A stretch of DNA of 64,000 bases from Clostridia bacterium (GTDB taxonomy: Bacteria; Bacillota; Clostridia; Oscillospirales; UBA644), in the NCBI GenBank assembly GCA_014872655.1, contig WHHJ01000002.1, positions 8,135 to 72,134 of the forward strand, read 5' to 3'. Positions 36,784 through 46,236 of this stretch are shown here, piece by piece. Under the pieces are notes generated by a model, which saw only the letters and a program-made list of their open reading frames with translations, ran no database searches and was not told the origin of the DNA. How positions within the stretch are numbered: the first letter of the stretch is position 1; every line of letters begins with the position of its first letter. The position numbers were made by a program, and so were the translations under genes.

Positions 36784-37281
36784 ATGCAGGATGAACTAAC
36801 CGACGATTTGATTCGAAGTTTTGGCGAATTATCGCGGTTCTTTTTTCGTAGAAAATTAGAAGTTTCTCGGGGCGAAGCATTTGTTTTGCAGAAGTTATAT
36901 GAGTCACAACTTTTGTCTCCGGCTGAAATTGCAGGCTGTTTAGGTGTCAGCGCGGCGCGTGTGGCTAATATTTTAAATTCATTGGAACGCAAGGGGTTTG
37001 TGGTGCGTCGTTCTGATGAGATGGATCGTAGACGAATTTGTGTTGAGATTACGGCGCAGGGATGTCAAGCGGCGCAGGCGGATCGTTTGCGAGTGGATGA
37101 TAGCATTCATCGGTTGTTAGAACATTTGGGAAAAGATGATTCTCGAGATCTTGTTCGTATCTTGCATAGAATTGTAGATATTATGAAGGATGAGGAATCT
37201 AAATTAAAATCTGATTCTTGCTGTATGACAGAGCCTCAGAGAAAAATACAAAGGGGAGATCCCCCTGATTTTTTAACCTGA
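36784..37281 (+). CDS. MarR-family transcriptional regulator
   Basis: Winged-helix text LSPAEIAGCLGVSAARVANILNSLERKGFVVRRSDEMDRRRICVEIT. It lies upstream of an ABC exporter pair. Confidence 0.9.
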   Translation: MQDELTDDLIRSFGELSRFFFRRKLEVSRGEAFVLQKLYESQLLSPAEIAGCLGVSAARVANILNSLERKGFVVRRSDEMDRRRICVEITAQGCQAAQADRLRVDDSIHRLLEHLGKDDSRDLVRILHRIVDIMKDEESKLKSDSCCMTEPQRKIQRGDPPDFLT

Positions 37282-37337
37282 ATTATTAACACTGTTTATT
37301 TTTAACGATATTAAGAAACGACAGCGAGGGATATGGA

Positions 37338-39098
37338 ATGTTAAAGCTACTAAAAAATTTACGAAAACGGGAATGGCTGATGTTTGCCGCCAGTTGCGTT
37401 TTTATTTTTACGCAAGTCTGGTTAGAACTGAAGCTGCCCGATTATATGGCCGATATTACCACTCTTGTACAAACTTCCGGCAGTGAAATGGGAGAGGTAT
37501 TATTGGCTGGCGGAAAAATGCTGTTATGCGCTTTTGGAAGCCTGATATCGGCCATTATTGTGGGATTTTTGGCCGCGCAGGTTTCTTCGGGACTTTCGAT
37601 GCGGCTTCGGTCTGGACTGTTTGAAAAAGTACAGTCTTTTTCTATGCGGGAGATCAATAATTTTTCTACTGCCAGTTTGATTACTCGTTCTACCAACGAT
37701 ATTACGCAAATTCAAATGATTGTTGTGATGGGCATGCAAGTGGTTCTAAAGGCTCCGGTCATGGCTGTTATGGCGATTTTAAAGATTATCGATAAAGGAA
37801 ATATGCAGTGGTCTGCTTTAACGGGCGGAGCGGTTTTAGCGTTGCTTACGGTTGTTGCCATTGTGGTATCGTATGCATTGCCGAAATTTCGCCGGATGCA
37901 GACATTAACCGATAATCTAAACCGAGTAACGCGTGAAAATCTAACCGGATTAAAAGTCGTTCGGGCCTATAATGCAGAAGAATACGCACAAGGGAAGTTT
38001 GAAAAAGCGAATACCGATTTAACTACCAATGCATTAAAGGCTCAGCGCGCCATGGCGGTTTTGATGCCGACGATGACCGTAGTAATGAGCGGGATTTCTT
38101 TGGGAATTTATTGGATCGGGGCCTTTTTGATTGATGCGGCCTCGATGCCGGAAAAGATGGAATTATTTTCCAACATGGTTGTGTTTTCGTCTTATGCAAT
38201 GCAGGTTATTATGTCGTTTGTCATGATGACGATGATCTTCATCATGCTTCCGCGTGCACAAGTATCTGCAAAGCGAATTCAGGAAGTTCTTCAGACCGAA
38301 ACAACGGTTCGTGACGGGTCTCGGACAGATTCTCCTGCCGACTGTCAGGGAACAGTTGAATTTCGGCACGTAAATTTCCGTTATCCGGATGCCGAAAGCG
38401 ATATTTTGCATGACATCAATTTTAAAGTAGAAAAAGGCCAGACCATCGCGTTTATCGGATCTACTGGAAGTGGAAAGAGTACCATTGTCAACCTGGCGGC
38501 TCGGTTTTATGACGCGACAGAAGGCGAAATTTTAGTAGATGGGGTTAATGTAAAAGACTATACATTACATGCTTTGCATAATAAATTCGGATATGTCCCG
38601 CAGCGTACGGTGTTGTTTAGCGGAACGATCCGGTCTAATGTTGCATATGGGGAGTCCGATCGTCCTGCAGCAACCGATGAAGAGGTTCAGGAAGCGGTTG
38701 AGATTGCTCAGGGTAAGGAGTTTGTTGAAGGGTTAGAAGATACGTATAACGGATTTGTTGCTCAAGGCGGAGCTAATTTCTCAGGCGGACAAAAACAACG
38801 TATCTCTATTGCTCGGGCAATCTGTCGTAAACCGGAAATCTATATTTTTGATGACTCTTTCTCGGCGTTGGATTACAAAACGGATAAACAACTTCGTGCT
38901 GCGCTGAAGAAGCGGACAGCGGGCGTCACCAGTATGATTGTTGCCCAGCGGATCGGTACGATTCGAGATGCCGATATCATTGCCGTTGTAGATGAGGGAC
39001 GGATTGTTGGTATGGGAACGCATCAAGAGTTGATGAAATCTTGTGAGGTTTATCAGCAAATTGCGTATTCTCAGTTGTCAAAGGAGGAGTTAGAATGA
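37338..39098 (+). CDS. ABC transporter permease/ATP-binding protein (type I exporter half-transporter)
   Basis: Six-TM N-terminal domain, Walker A GSTGSGKST, signature FSGGQKQR, Walker B IYIFDDSFSALD. Confidence 0.93.
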   Translation: MLKLLKNLRKREWLMFAASCVFIFTQVWLELKLPDYMADITTLVQTSGSEMGEVLLAGGKMLLCAFGSLISAIIVGFLAAQVSSGLSMRLRSGLFEKVQSFSMREINNFSTASLITRSTNDITQIQMIVVMGMQVVLKAPVMAVMAILKIIDKGNMQWSALTGGAVLALLTVVAIVVSYALPKFRRMQTLTDNLNRVTRENLTGLKVVRAYNAEEYAQGKFEKANTDLTTNALKAQRAMAVLMPTMTVVMSGISLGIYWIGAFLIDAASMPEKMELFSNMVVFSSYAMQVIMSFVMMTMIFIMLPRAQVSAKRIQEVLQTETTVRDGSRTDSPADCQGTVEFRHVNFRYPDAESDILHDINFKVEKGQTIAFIGSTGSGKSTIVNLAARFYDATEGEILVDGVNVKDYTLHALHNKFGYVPQRTVLFSGTIRSNVAYGESDRPAATDEEVQEAVEIAQGKEFVEGLEDTYNGFVAQGGANFSGGQKQRISIARAICRKPEIYIFDDSFSALDYKTDKQLRAALKKRTAGVTSMIVAQRIGTIRDADIIAVVDEGRIVGMGTHQELMKSCEVYQQIAYSQLSKEELE

Positions 39099-40915
39099 GT
39101 CAAAACAGGCAGATGCATCGTCCCGGTCGTGGCATGGGTGGCGGAGGTATGCACGTGGCGGAAAAACCCAAAGATTTTAAACGGGCCATGCACCAGTTGA
39201 TTCTTTTTTGTAAAAAGTTTGGATTTTGGCTTTTAGCCGCTTTTGTTTGTGCGGCAGTCAGCACTGTTTTTACGATTCTCGGACCGGATAAACTGCGCGA
39301 TTTGACCAATGAGATCACAGCCGGGATTGTTTCCGGAATCAATACAGATGCGGTTTTAACGATTTGTTTTACATTGGTAATCTATTATTCGATCAGTTTG
39401 ATTTTAGGCATTCTTCAAGGCGTTATTATGACGAATGTCACGCAGGGGCTTTCCAAGGATTTACGGTCTGCAATCTCTGTAAAAATCAATAAGTTACCAA
39501 TTTGGTATTACAATAAAACAACGTTTGGTGATGTGCTGTCTCGTGTGACAAACGATGTAGACACGATCGGAGATACCATGCACCGCAGTGTCATCCAGTT
39601 GGTCTCAGCCGTCTTTATGTTTTTCGGTTCCTTGATTATGATGTTTCGTACCAATTGGATTATGGCATTGACCGCTATTATTTCGTCTTTAGTCGGCTTT
39701 GTCTTTATGAGTCTGATTATGGGCAAGTCTCAGCACTATTTTGCGGAAAGACAAAAGTGGCTGGGTCAGGTAAACGGGTGTGTCGAAGAAGTTTACTCCG
39801 GACATAACATTGTAAAAGTCTTTAATGCAGAGAGACAGACAAAGCAAGAGTTTGATGAGTTGAACGGGAAATTATACAACAGCGATTGGAAGTCTCAATT
39901 TTTGTCCGGATTGATGATGCCGATCATGAATTTTATCGGCAATTTCGGATATGTTTGTGTTTGTGTTGTCGGAGCCGTTTTAACGATGAATGATATGATT
40001 GATTTTGGCGTTATCGTGGCGTTTATGGTTTATGTACGGCTGTTTACAAACCCGCTTTCGCAGATGGCGCAGGCCTTTACAAGCTTGCAGACCACAGCGG
40101 CTGCCAGTGAGCGAGTTTTTGAGTTTCTTGGCGCCGAAGAAATGTCGGATGAAAGCGAAAAGACGGCAAAGATTGATAATGTAAAAGGCGAAGTCGTTTT
40201 TGATCATGTCCGTTTTGGGTATGAAGACAGTGATAAAATTGTCATTCATGATTTTTCGGAACATGTTTTACCTGGACAGAAAATTGCCATTGTAGGACCG
40301 ACAGGTGCCGGAAAAACGACGATGGTTAATTTGTTGATGCGGTTCCATGAGTTGAAAGGTGGAAAAATTTTTATTGACGGTGTGAATACTGCGGATATGA
40401 AGCGCTCTGACGTGCACAATTTATTTGGCATGGTTCTGCAGGATACGTGGCTTTTTGAGGGAACGCTATTTGAGAATATCGCTTACTGCCGTCAGGACGT
40501 GACACTGGAAGATGTTCGTCGGGCATGCGTTGCGGTGGGACTGGACCACTTTATTTCTACTTTGCCGCACGGATATCAGACAGTACTGGATGATAAGATG
40601 AATTTATCTGCCGGTCAGAAACAGCTTTTGACCATTGCCCGGGCGATGGTACAAAATGCACCGATGTTGATTTTAGATGAAGCAACCAGTTCGGTAGATA
40701 CCAGAACGGAAGAATTGATTCAGATTGCCATGGATAAGTTGACGCAGGGCAGAACTTCGTTTGTCATTGCTCATCGGCTGTCGACGATTAAAAATGCCGA
40801 TAAGATTTTAGTGATTAAAGACGGAGACATTATTGAATCCGGAACGCATGATCAGCTTTTGGAAAAAGGCGGATTTTATGCAGAATTGTACAACTCTCAA
40901 TTTGAGTCGGCATAA
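39095..40915 (+). CDS. ABC transporter permease/ATP-binding protein (heterodimer partner)
   Basis: TM domain, Walker A GPTGAGKTT, signature LSAGQKQL, Walker B MLILDEATSSVD. The start overlaps the upstream stop by 4 nt. Confidence 0.93.
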   Translation: MSQNRQMHRPGRGMGGGGMHVAEKPKDFKRAMHQLILFCKKFGFWLLAAFVCAAVSTVFTILGPDKLRDLTNEITAGIVSGINTDAVLTICFTLVIYYSISLILGILQGVIMTNVTQGLSKDLRSAISVKINKLPIWYYNKTTFGDVLSRVTNDVDTIGDTMHRSVIQLVSAVFMFFGSLIMMFRTNWIMALTAIISSLVGFVFMSLIMGKSQHYFAERQKWLGQVNGCVEEVYSGHNIVKVFNAERQTKQEFDELNGKLYNSDWKSQFLSGLMMPIMNFIGNFGYVCVCVVGAVLTMNDMIDFGVIVAFMVYVRLFTNPLSQMAQAFTSLQTTAAASERVFEFLGAEEMSDESEKTAKIDNVKGEVVFDHVRFGYEDSDKIVIHDFSEHVLPGQKIAIVGPTGAGKTTMVNLLMRFHELKGGKIFIDGVNTADMKRSDVHNLFGMVLQDTWLFEGTLFENIAYCRQDVTLEDVRRACVAVGLDHFISTLPHGYQTVLDDKMNLSAGQKQLLTIARAMVQNAPMLILDEATSSVDTRTEELIQIAMDKLTQGRTSFVIAHRLSTIKNADKILVIKDGDIIESGTHDQLLEKGGFYAELYNSQFESA

Positions 40916-40916
40916 T

Positions 40917-40948
40917 AAAAGGTGCGGAGATTTCTCCGCACCTTTTAC
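40917..40948. terminator. Bidirectional terminator between convergent ABC and CPBP genes
   Basis: AAAAGGTGCGGAGA-TTTC-TCCGCACCTTTT with A/T runs on both sides. Confidence 0.85.
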
Positions 40949-40950
40949 TT

Positions 40951-41985
40951 TTATTCGGATTGTGTTGTTTGTTGAGAGTTTTGTGTGTCGTAAGGGCTTT
41001 GGTATTCTTGTGTGGGTTTTGCGATGTATCCAAAAAACATTCGAAAAACAGAAATGCCGATAAATAACCATAATCCAAAAGATTTTAATAATGCTAAAAC
41101 AATATCTTTGCGAGAAAGAGGCTTGTCTGTAGTCTCATGGGTCGTTTTAAATTTTTTTCGAATCATTAGAACGACCAAGAAAATAAGCCCAATCAATCCG
41201 GCTAACAGGCAAATTGTAGATTGGAGTTGTAAAAACGGCCTGCCAATGGTACAAGTTAAAACCCATTTTGTAGCCAGTAATCCGTTTGTAACAGCGGAGC
41301 AAGCGTAGGTAAGAAATATATCTTTTGTTTTTAAGTATAACCATCCAAGAAGTAATCCTGTAATCAATAAATAGGGTGTTTGTTGAATCGAGGTGAACGT
41401 AAAGGAACCAAGAATGGCCGCTACAATTACGGCCGCTGCATGACTGTCCTTTTTTAAGTTGTTAATAACGATTCCTCGAAAGGACATTTCCCAGAAAAAA
41501 GCAGGAATCAGAGCGGTGCAGAGAATAAAGAAAATAGAATCCGGCAAACTGTTTCCGATATCCGGCAGCGTTTCTCTTAAATGAAAGCCGGAATCTCGCA
41601 GACCTGCTGCTATTTGCGAGGATATATATTGTACAAAAAGTCCGATGCCGGCAACGGCCGGAATCGCCAATACATAATCGATCGGGCGCGAGGATGCGTT
41701 TTTTCGGGTAAAATATCTGCCTGAAGTTTTATTTACAATAATTTGATAAATTAAAAAAGGCAAATAGACGCCAACGCCCGTATAAACGGATTGAAGAAAA
41801 ATTTTAAGAAAAGATCCTATGGGCGACTGCGGGAACTTGCCAAAGATCCAATCTGCCGGATAGCTGAAGAGAGCCTGTGTAATCCCCAAAAAAACGCCGA
41901 CTACAAAAACGATCGTAAATACATTGTATAGGTACTCTTGATGTCGTTGTTGAGCAAAGGTTACAATTTTTTTTTCTTTGGCCAT
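40951..41985 (-). CDS. CPBP-family (CAAX/Abi) intramembrane metalloprotease
   Basis: Polytopic membrane protein with FFWEMSFRG (a variant of the EExxxR motif) and later conserved-helix pattern. Confidence 0.8.
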   Translation of the reverse strand: MAKEKKIVTFAQQRHQEYLYNVFTIVFVVGVFLGITQALFSYPADWIFGKFPQSPIGSFLKIFLQSVYTGVGVYLPFLIYQIIVNKTSGRYFTRKNASSRPIDYVLAIPAVAGIGLFVQYISSQIAAGLRDSGFHLRETLPDIGNSLPDSIFFILCTALIPAFFWEMSFRGIVINNLKKDSHAAAVIVAAILGSFTFTSIQQTPYLLITGLLLGWLYLKTKDIFLTYACSAVTNGLLATKWVLTCTIGRPFLQLQSTICLLAGLIGLIFLVVLMIRKKFKTTHETTDKPLSRKDIVLALLKSFGLWLFIGISVFRMFFGYIAKPTQEYQSPYDTQNSQQTTQSE

Positions 41986-41988
41986 GCG

Positions 41989-42498
41989 TTAACTCCTTTC
42001 TTTCGGAGAAAGTGTTGTAAGATGTCCCTGCTGTTCCAGTCCCTCAAAATCATCTTGGCGAAGGGCTTCATATAAAACAACCGCAACCGCATTAGAAAGA
42101 TTTAAACTTCTCAGTTCTTGTTTCATGGGAATGCGTATACAATCATCATAGTGCTGTGCCAGTAATGTTTCTGGCAGCCCTGCAGTTTCTTTTCCGAATA
42201 AAATAAAACAACCATCCGGATAATCGGCTTGCGTATGATTGCAAGGCCCTTTCGTGCTGGCCAGCCTGATTGGCTTGCCGGATGCGTACTGCAGAAAATC
42301 CGCTAAACTTTCATGGATGTGAAGATCCAACTTGGCCCAATAATCTAAACCGGCTCTGCGAACTTGTTTTTCGTCTAAAGAAAACATGATAGGTTTTACA
42401 ATATGTAAAGAAGCTCCGGTGCAAGCGCAGGTTCTGGATATATTGCCGGTATTTTGAGGAATTTCAGGTTCTACAAGCACAATGTTGAAATGTTTCAT
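41989..42498 (-). CDS. trmL: tRNA (cytidine/uridine34-2'-O)-methyltransferase TrmL (SpoU family)
   Basis: NIVLVEPEIPQNTGNISRTC and LFGKETAGLP...IPM....RSLNLSNAVAVVLYEALRQ. Confidence 0.92.
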   Translation of the reverse strand: MKHFNIVLVEPEIPQNTGNISRTCACTGASLHIVKPIMFSLDEKQVRRAGLDYWAKLDLHIHESLADFLQYASGKPIRLASTKGPCNHTQADYPDGCFILFGKETAGLPETLLAQHYDDCIRIPMKQELRSLNLSNAVAVVLYEALRQDDFEGLEQQGHLTTLSPKERS

Positions 42499-42689
42499 GG
42501 CAGCTTGGTTTCTCCTTTTATGGAAACTGTTTTTTACATTTTAGCACAGGTAGAATAAGAATGCAAGTGCTTTTCTGTTACAAAACCCGGAGAATGCGGT
42601 ACAGTCTGGCATGCGCGTCTGAGAAGCCTTCGTCATTTTTCAAGGTAATATTTGTCACAAAAAATTCTATTGTAATTTTACAAAAAGTA

Positions 42690-42718
42690 TTGCATTTAGA
42701 GAAAAAATATAGTATTAT
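42690..42718 (+). promoter_or_regulatory. Sigma-A-type promoter for membrane-protein/MutS-like operon
   Basis: TTGCAT (42690-42695), 17 nt, TATTAT (42713-42718). Confidence 0.6.
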
Positions 42719-42780
42719 ATATTGTGTAATTATATGTGAAACATACATGGATTATAAAGATTAGACGGGAGGCTTTTTTG

Positions 42781-43110
42781 ATGGCAGATGAAAATCAAGG
42801 CCCGGGTTTGTTTGATGTACCTGAGGATCCTTTATATATTCGTACGCCTCGTGTAAAATTGGTAGGAACAGCCATTGCATTTCTTTTTTTGATTATTGCG
42901 GTAGGCGCGGTTAGTTCTATTCCAATAGGCGGTATGCCGCTGATGTTGATCTTTGTAGCTCCGATTTGGGCTATTATTATTTATTGTATCGTTTTGTTTT
43001 CTAAGGTTTGGGCAGCCTATAAATACTCCAGAATTCTTTTGTGGAGTGCCTGCATTATTTGTCTTGCGTTGACATATGTGTTGACGTTTACCGTGTTCTT
43101 TGTCGGATAA
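42781..43110 (+). CDS. Small membrane protein (3 predicted TM helices), unknown function
   Basis: ATG 42781 follows GGGAGG. The protein has an acidic N-terminus MADENQGPGLFDVPEDP and then three hydrophobic stretches. The track start is 42736. Confidence 0.7.
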   Translation: MADENQGPGLFDVPEDPLYIRTPRVKLVGTAIAFLFLIIAVGAVSSIPIGGMPLMLIFVAPIWAIIIYCIVLFSKVWAAYKYSRILLWSACIICLALTYVLTFTVFFVG

Positions 43111-43178
43111 AATCCGGTTCGGTACACATCTGTTATTGATAATTTATTGTTTTTTATAAAATGGAGGTATATAAAAAG

Positions 43179-44750
43179 ATGGACTTTGATTTGTTGTATC
43201 CGAATCAAGAGCAAAGAGCAAAAAAAATGACCAACACCGCCTTTTATGAGAGTTTGGGCTTTGATCAGGGATTGTTCTTTGGCGCAGCTCGGCTTTTTGG
43301 TAAGATTAATGATGAAAACCGCATTTTGGAATATGTTACATCTGACGTTGACACTATAAAATATCGTCAAGAAGTTTTTGATGATTTTGCAAATAGTAAA
43401 GAGTTGCGTAACGGCATTGACAAAGTCATGCCGAAGATGAATGAGTTTTTGACTGCTAAATACAAACGGATCGAAGATGGCGATATCACCAGCAGTCTTT
43501 ATAGTGTTTCAGAAGTAGATTTGTACTTTGAATGCTTAACTTCTTTGCAGAAAGTTTTGGCATCCGTGTCCGGAGAGATTAAGTCTCGGGCGTTGACAGG
43601 ATTTACGAAATATCTTACCGATTTGGTAACGGATGAAAAATTTGTTCAAACGAAAAAGAATATTGATGCCTCGATGGAAGATGTTCGTGGAATCAAGAGT
43701 ATTACGATTGGTGTCAATTTGGATGCGCAACTTCGTCCATTGGAAGCCGGTGTTGTTTCTGTTAATAAAGAAATTTATAAGTCCGGTAATGTTGTAGACA
43801 AGATGATGCGTTTGGACTTCAAAGACGACGGATTTTTCTGTGGAACTCCGCTGCAAAGAAGCACCAAAAACATGTCTCCGGAAGAAGTGAATGCTTTTTA
43901 TGATGCGTTGAATTCTTCTCTGGAAACCATGTATAAAAACGGCGTTAAAAAATGGGGTCCCATGGTTAAAGAGTATCTGGAGAAGGATACAAAATTTGTG
44001 GATGAAATTTTTGAGCAGATGACCTTCTATGTTGCAGGAACTGCCATGTATGAAAAACTCAGAACGATGAAATTGCCTTTGTGCAAGCCGGAAATTCGTT
44101 CTAAAGAAGAAAATGCTTGTCATATCACAGGTGCATATAATCCTTTATTGGCTATTCGTGAGAATATGCACGGCGTGGTACGGAACAGTTTGGTATGTGA
44201 TAAGTTCGGAAAGATTTATATTTTGACCGGCGCTACTAAGAGCGGAAAAACGTTCTTCACGGATTCTATCGGTATTTGTCAAGTTTTGTTGCAGTTGGGT
44301 ATGTATTTACCGTGTGAATCTGCAACCATCAGTCCGGGAGATAATATTTTGGCACATTGTCCGCGTGATAAAGGGTTGGATAAGAGTTCTGCCAGAGTGG
44401 AAGAAGAGTGTCAGAAGATTGGGGACTTGGTAAAAGATCTCACTGCTTCCAGTTTGGTTATTATGGATGAACCGTTGGATTGCGCATCGAACGTTGAGGC
44501 TTCTTATATTGTTGGTCAGGTTGTTTTGAAAGCTGCAAAAGTGGGTGCAAGAGGCTTGTTCTCTACTTCATTGGTAGATATTGCAGAAGAAGCAGATGAA
44601 ATTAACAATAAGGCAAACTCTGATACCAAAGTGGATACGTTGGTAACCAAGACGATTGAAGATAAACCGTCTTATCAGGTTGAGAGAGTAAAGCCGGAAG
44701 GTTCCAATGTTGCAAAGAGTTTGGCAAAGAGATACGGAATCGAAGCATAA
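43179..44750 (+). CDS. MutS-family domain III/V-only ATPase (MutS-related protein), divergent motifs
   Basis: The C-terminus reads KIYILTGATKSGKTFFTDSIGICQVLLQLGMYLP (Walker A region), SSLVIMDEPL (Walker B) and GLFSTS (in place of FATH). Upstream, DTIKYRQEVFDDF and GAYNPLLA resemble MutS core/lever text. There is no N-terminal mismatch-binding domain and no Smr domain. ATG 43179 follows TGGAGG. Confidence 0.8.
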   Translation: MDFDLLYPNQEQRAKKMTNTAFYESLGFDQGLFFGAARLFGKINDENRILEYVTSDVDTIKYRQEVFDDFANSKELRNGIDKVMPKMNEFLTAKYKRIEDGDITSSLYSVSEVDLYFECLTSLQKVLASVSGEIKSRALTGFTKYLTDLVTDEKFVQTKKNIDASMEDVRGIKSITIGVNLDAQLRPLEAGVVSVNKEIYKSGNVVDKMMRLDFKDDGFFCGTPLQRSTKNMSPEEVNAFYDALNSSLETMYKNGVKKWGPMVKEYLEKDTKFVDEIFEQMTFYVAGTAMYEKLRTMKLPLCKPEIRSKEENACHITGAYNPLLAIRENMHGVVRNSLVCDKFGKIYILTGATKSGKTFFTDSIGICQVLLQLGMYLPCESATISPGDNILAHCPRDKGLDKSSARVEEECQKIGDLVKDLTASSLVIMDEPLDCASNVEASYIVGQVVLKAAKVGARGLFSTSLVDIAEEADEINNKANSDTKVDTLVTKTIEDKPSYQVERVKPEGSNVAKSLAKRYGIEA

Positions 44751-44764
44751 TAGATAAATATAGT

Positions 44765-44796
44765 AAAAAGGGCTGCATAAAGATGCAGCCCTTTTG
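44765..44796. terminator. Bidirectional terminator after MutS-like gene
   Basis: AAAAA-GGGCTGCAT (44770-44778), loop AAAG, ATGCAGCCC (44783-44791), then TTTT. Confidence 0.85.
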
Positions 44797-45121
44797 TATT
44801 TCAGAGTTTTTCAAACAGAAGTTACTGTTTGATTCTGAATATGCTCCTGAGCAGACTGCGCCACAAACCGTGCGCTTTCACTACCACAACTTTCATAGAT
44901 TTCTCATCCTTTCAAAAGGCCTTTGCGCGCGTCTGCCTTACGGCTGACAGACGTAGTATGCTGATCGCTGATATTACATTCTTATAATATGCATTTCTGT
45001 AAAAGCTGACACAAATGGAGGATGAAAAGAGGTTGTGTTCTTGTGTTTTTGCATTTTTGTCCAGAGATAATAAGGAATTGTTACAAATATATAAAAAAGC
45101 AAAAAAAAATTAGATTAGCCC

Positions 45122-45150
45122 TTGACAATCCAGTAAAAAAGTGGTAGTAT
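45122..45150 (+). promoter_or_regulatory. Sigma-A-type promoter of hrcA-grpE-dnaK-dnaJ
   Basis: TTGACA (45122-45127), 17 nt, TAGTAT (45145-45150). Confidence 0.75.
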
Positions 45151-45161
45151 TCATATAGTGT

Positions 45162-45188
45162 TTAGCACTCGTATGCTTTGAGTGCTAA
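45162..45188 (+). promoter_or_regulatory. CIRCE element (HrcA operator)
   Basis: TTAGCACTC (45162-45170), N9, GAGTGCTAA (45180-45188). This is a perfect match to the CIRCE consensus, located just downstream of the -10 box. Confidence 0.95.
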
Positions 45189-45204
45189 CAGGAGGCGAAA
45201 TACA

Positions 45205-46224
45205 TTGGATCTTGATAACAGAAAGCGATTGATTTTACAGGCTGTTATTGATTCTTATATTCGAACAGGAGAGCCTGTTGGATCAAAATTTTTGAGTCAT
45301 TTAGACTTCTTAAAAGTTTCATCTGCAACGATTCGAAATGAAATGTCCGAACTCGAGCGCATGGGATATTTGACAAAACCGCATACATCGGCAGGACGAA
45401 TCCCGTCTAATGATGGATATCGGTATTATGTTCGGACGTCTATGGATTCATATCGGTTGACGGATGAAGAGACCGAGCAGTTGATGCTGCCAAATGATTG
45501 TGCCGGATTGTACCAGACGGTTCATGCCGTGGCATCTCGTCTTGCAGAATTTTTGGGATTTACGGTGTTTGCCGTATCTCCGAGTTGTTCCGGAGGAGTT
45601 TATACTTTTGAAGTTCTTCCTGCAGGGAAACATGTTTGTGCTGTTTTAGCGATTAGTTCCGGGGGCGGAGTGAAGACGGCATTTGCAAAAACAGAAAAAG
45701 AGATTTGCATGGAAGATGCCCGTAAATTTGCTTCGATATTAAATGAGATTCTTTCAAAATTCCCGATTGAGCAGATAGGCAATGTGCGGATGATGTTGCT
45801 GTCTGGAGAGGTTGCAAGAGAGTGCCCTAATTGTGTTGGTTTGTTAGATGCTGTCAAACAGCTTGTTGAACAGCTGAAAAGTTATGAACTGATGGTATGC
45901 GGCAGTGAGAATTTATTCTCGTATCCGGAGTTTTCAGGAATTGAGGCGGCGAAATCCTATATTCATTTATTATCTGCACAAGAGCGTATTTTAGAGGCGC
46001 TTCTTTCCAGTGGCGGCAAGAGCGACAATCCGGATATCAAAATCGGGGATGAAAATCCTGTTTTTCGTAATCCGCATGCAAGTATGATTTCGATCGGAAG
46101 TGATTCTAAAATCCCGGTCGTTTTAGGGGTTATGGGACCGACTCGAATGAATTATGCAAGAACAGTTGCCGGATGTCGTTTTCTGATCAACACATTGAAA
46201 AATATTATAGATGAAGAATATTGA
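45205..46224 (+). CDS. hrcA: Heat-inducible transcription repressor HrcA
   Basis: NRKRLILQAVIDSYIRTGEPVGSKFL... is the canonical N-terminus. The track start 45178 lies inside CIRCE. TTG 45205 follows AGGAGG with a 9-nt spacing and is preferred. Confidence 0.93.
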   Translation: MDLDNRKRLILQAVIDSYIRTGEPVGSKFLSHLDFLKVSSATIRNEMSELERMGYLTKPHTSAGRIPSNDGYRYYVRTSMDSYRLTDEETEQLMLPNDCAGLYQTVHAVASRLAEFLGFTVFAVSPSCSGGVYTFEVLPAGKHVCAVLAISSGGGVKTAFAKTEKEICMEDARKFASILNEILSKFPIEQIGNVRMMLLSGEVARECPNCVGLLDAVKQLVEQLKSYELMVCGSENLFSYPEFSGIEAAKSYIHLLSAQERILEALLSSGGKSDNPDIKIGDENPVFRNPHASMISIGSDSKIPVVLGVMGPTRMNYARTVAGCRFLINTLKNIIDEEY

Positions 46225-46236
46225 GAGGTAGCAAAT

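Noticed and set aside
44961-45000. A possible dif (XerCD) site around GATATTACATTCTTATAATATGCATTTC.
   Set aside because: Only about 7 of 11 positions match one arm of the Bacillus or E. coli dif sequences as I recall them, and the other arm does not match.
45178-45204. The upstream TTG start of hrcA given by the ORF track.
   Set aside because: It lies inside the CIRCE operator and has no RBS. AGGAGG followed by TTG 45205 yields the canonical HrcA N-terminus.
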